Source of the DNA: Camelus ferus
Lineage: Eukaryota
Assembly: GCF_009834535.1 (NCBI RefSeq)
Contig: NC_045697.1
Coordinates: forward strand, 104,844,001 to 104,908,000
DNA: 64,000 nucleotides
Direction: 5' to 3'
The notes under the pieces are model-generated. The model ran no database searches and was not told the DNA's origin. It was given only the letters and a program-made list of their open reading frames with translations. Below, piece by piece: positions 62,680 through 64,000 of the stretch. The translations under genes and the position numbers were made by a program. How positions within the stretch are numbered: position 1 is the first letter of the stretch; the number at the start of each line of letters is the position of its first letter.

Positions 62680-62817
62680 AATTTTATTTATTTATTTTTT
62701 TTGTGGGGGGATAGTTAGGTTTACTTATTTATTTTTAGGGGAGGTACTGGGGATTGAACCCAGGACCCTGTATATGCTAAGCATGCGCTCCACCACTTAA
62801 GCTGTACCCTTCCCCAC
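62680..62817 (-). mobile_element. Camelid tRNA-derived SINE (long form)
   Basis: ggggaggtactggggattgaacccaggacc...gctaagcatgcgctccaccact; TSD-like aagaaggattatta (62659-62672) / aagagggattatta (62818-62831). Confidence 0.92.
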
Positions 62818-63107
62818 AAGAGGGATTATTAATGCCTTTTTAACCTAGTATTCTTTCCCAGTGTTGAGAGTTTTCTGGCAGAATCTCTAAATGTCTAAAT
62901 AAACTGAACTGAGAAAGACGGACATGTGGCGCTGAGGACCAACACAGGGCTCAATGCAAATACGAAGGAAACGCCCCGAGCGGTTAACAGTGCTGCCTTC
63001 TTGGGAGTGCAGTTTGGATGGGGTGAAAAATGACTTTATGGCTTTACTCTGTCCATGCCTGGGTAACAGGTAAACATGTATCTCTTTGATAAATAAAAAG
63101 TTAATCA

Positions 63108-63305
63108 TCACTACCCGCCTCACGCCCGTTAGGATGGCTACTTTAAAAAAAAGAGAAAAAGAGAAGAAATAACCAGTGTTGGTGAGGATATGGAGAAATT
63201 GGAACCCTACGCACTGTTAGCAGGAACACACAACAGGGCAGCTGCTGTGGAAGCAGTGTGGCAGTTTCTCAAAAACTTACCAATAAAATGACCATTTGAC
63301 CCCCC
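63108..63305 (+). mobile_element. L1M ORF2-end fragment
   Basis: cacgcccgttaggatggctac...aaccagtgttggtgaggatatggagaaattggaaccct...gctgctgtggaagcagtgtggcag. Confidence 0.8.
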
Positions 63306-63308
63306 TCT

Positions 63309-64000
63309 TGTGAGATAGAACTATTTCTCTGTACTCACAGAATACTTCTGTCCTCCAGATGTGTGGGTTTCTCTACACTAAGCAATTCTACAGTTCCCCG
63401 TGGACACCAGGTGTCCTACGATTTAACTCAGTTTTGGCACTAACTAGAGTTAGTGAAGACCCCACAGAGTAAAGGCTCCGTCCCAGAAGACTGCTCCCTC
63501 CCACTTTGGATACCAGTTATAAGACCAGGTTGTCACCTGTGCTTTTGACTGTAAATCAGGTGTTCCTATGACCCTCTCAAGTTTGGTAAATTGCTAGGAT
63601 GTCTCACAGAACTCAGGAAAACAGTTTACTTGCTGTTGCTGATTTATTACAAAGGATGCTTTAATGTAAACAAATGAACAGCCAGATGAAGAGATGGAGA
63701 GGGCAAAGGATGGAGGAAGGGGCTTGGAGCTTCTGTGTCTTCTCTGAGTGCACTGCCTCCCAGCATCTCCATGTGCTCACCAACCTGCAAGCTCTCTGAA
63801 CCCCAGGGATATTTATGGAGGCTTCATTGTGTAGGAACGATTGATGAAGTCATTGAGCATTTGGTGTTTGAAGCTAATCTCCAGCCTGCTCCCCTCCTGG
63901 GAGGTGAATGGGGTGGGGGAGAGTGTAGAGCTGAAATTTCTAATCCTTTAATCGTGGGGTTGGCTCCTCTGGCAGCCAGCCCCCATCCTGAGGCTCTCCA
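63309..64000 (-). mobile_element. MER21-family LTR (runs off the window end)
   Basis: aattgctaggatgtctcacagaactcaggaaaac...gatttattacaaagga...aatgaacagccagatgaagagat; homologous to 26200-27282. Confidence 0.85.

Larger units (their letters stand above)
1..64000 (+). other. ARHGAP10: Internal portion of the ARHGAP10 (GRAF2) gene body; exons probably 4-10 plus introns, with both gene ends outside the window
   Basis: Seven GT-AG exons splice into one frame (ALSVTETLIKPLEKFRKEQLGAVK...RRFCFDVEAADR) that matches my recollection of ARHGAP10 rather than the paralogs ARHGAP26/OPHN1/ARHGAP42. No start-codon exon or RhoGAP exon was seen. Confidence 0.93.

Noticed and set aside
41942..64000. Next ARHGAP10 exon (expected to begin PGVSLTMQAF-like)
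   Set aside because: Not found by eye; it probably lies beyond the window end.

Overview
Mammalian genomic DNA, very likely camelid (camel/alpaca/llama), judged from ten copies of a tRNA-Ala-derived SINE of the Vic-1 type and cetartiodactyl-style L1 3' ends. The whole window appears to lie inside the + strand gene ARHGAP10 (GRAF2, BAR-PH-RhoGAP-SH3). Seven coding exons (14148-41941, 722 nt, all GT-AG, probably exons 4-10) splice into one open frame covering the C-terminal part of the BAR domain and most of the PH domain. The rest is intron rich in transposable elements: young camelid SINEs and L1 3' ends, old L1M/L2/L3/MIR, ERV solo LTRs, MER21/MLT LTRs, and hAT and Tc1/mariner fossils. The ORF track is almost entirely spurious or repeat-derived. 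I found no convincing new protein-coding or prokaryote-style system. The best leads are: (1) an antisense ERV1 solo LTR with six CCAAT boxes, an octamer and a TATA box ~690 bp upstream of the first exon; (2) a perfect 85-bp non-tandem duplication; (3) a short polyadenylated retrocopy inside a MER5A; (4) a three-level TE nest; (5) an exon/inverted-repeat layout that could favour circRNA formation; (6) CTCF-like motifs. Repeat family names and human-protein comparisons come from recognition and memory, not database searches, and boundaries of old repeats are approximate.
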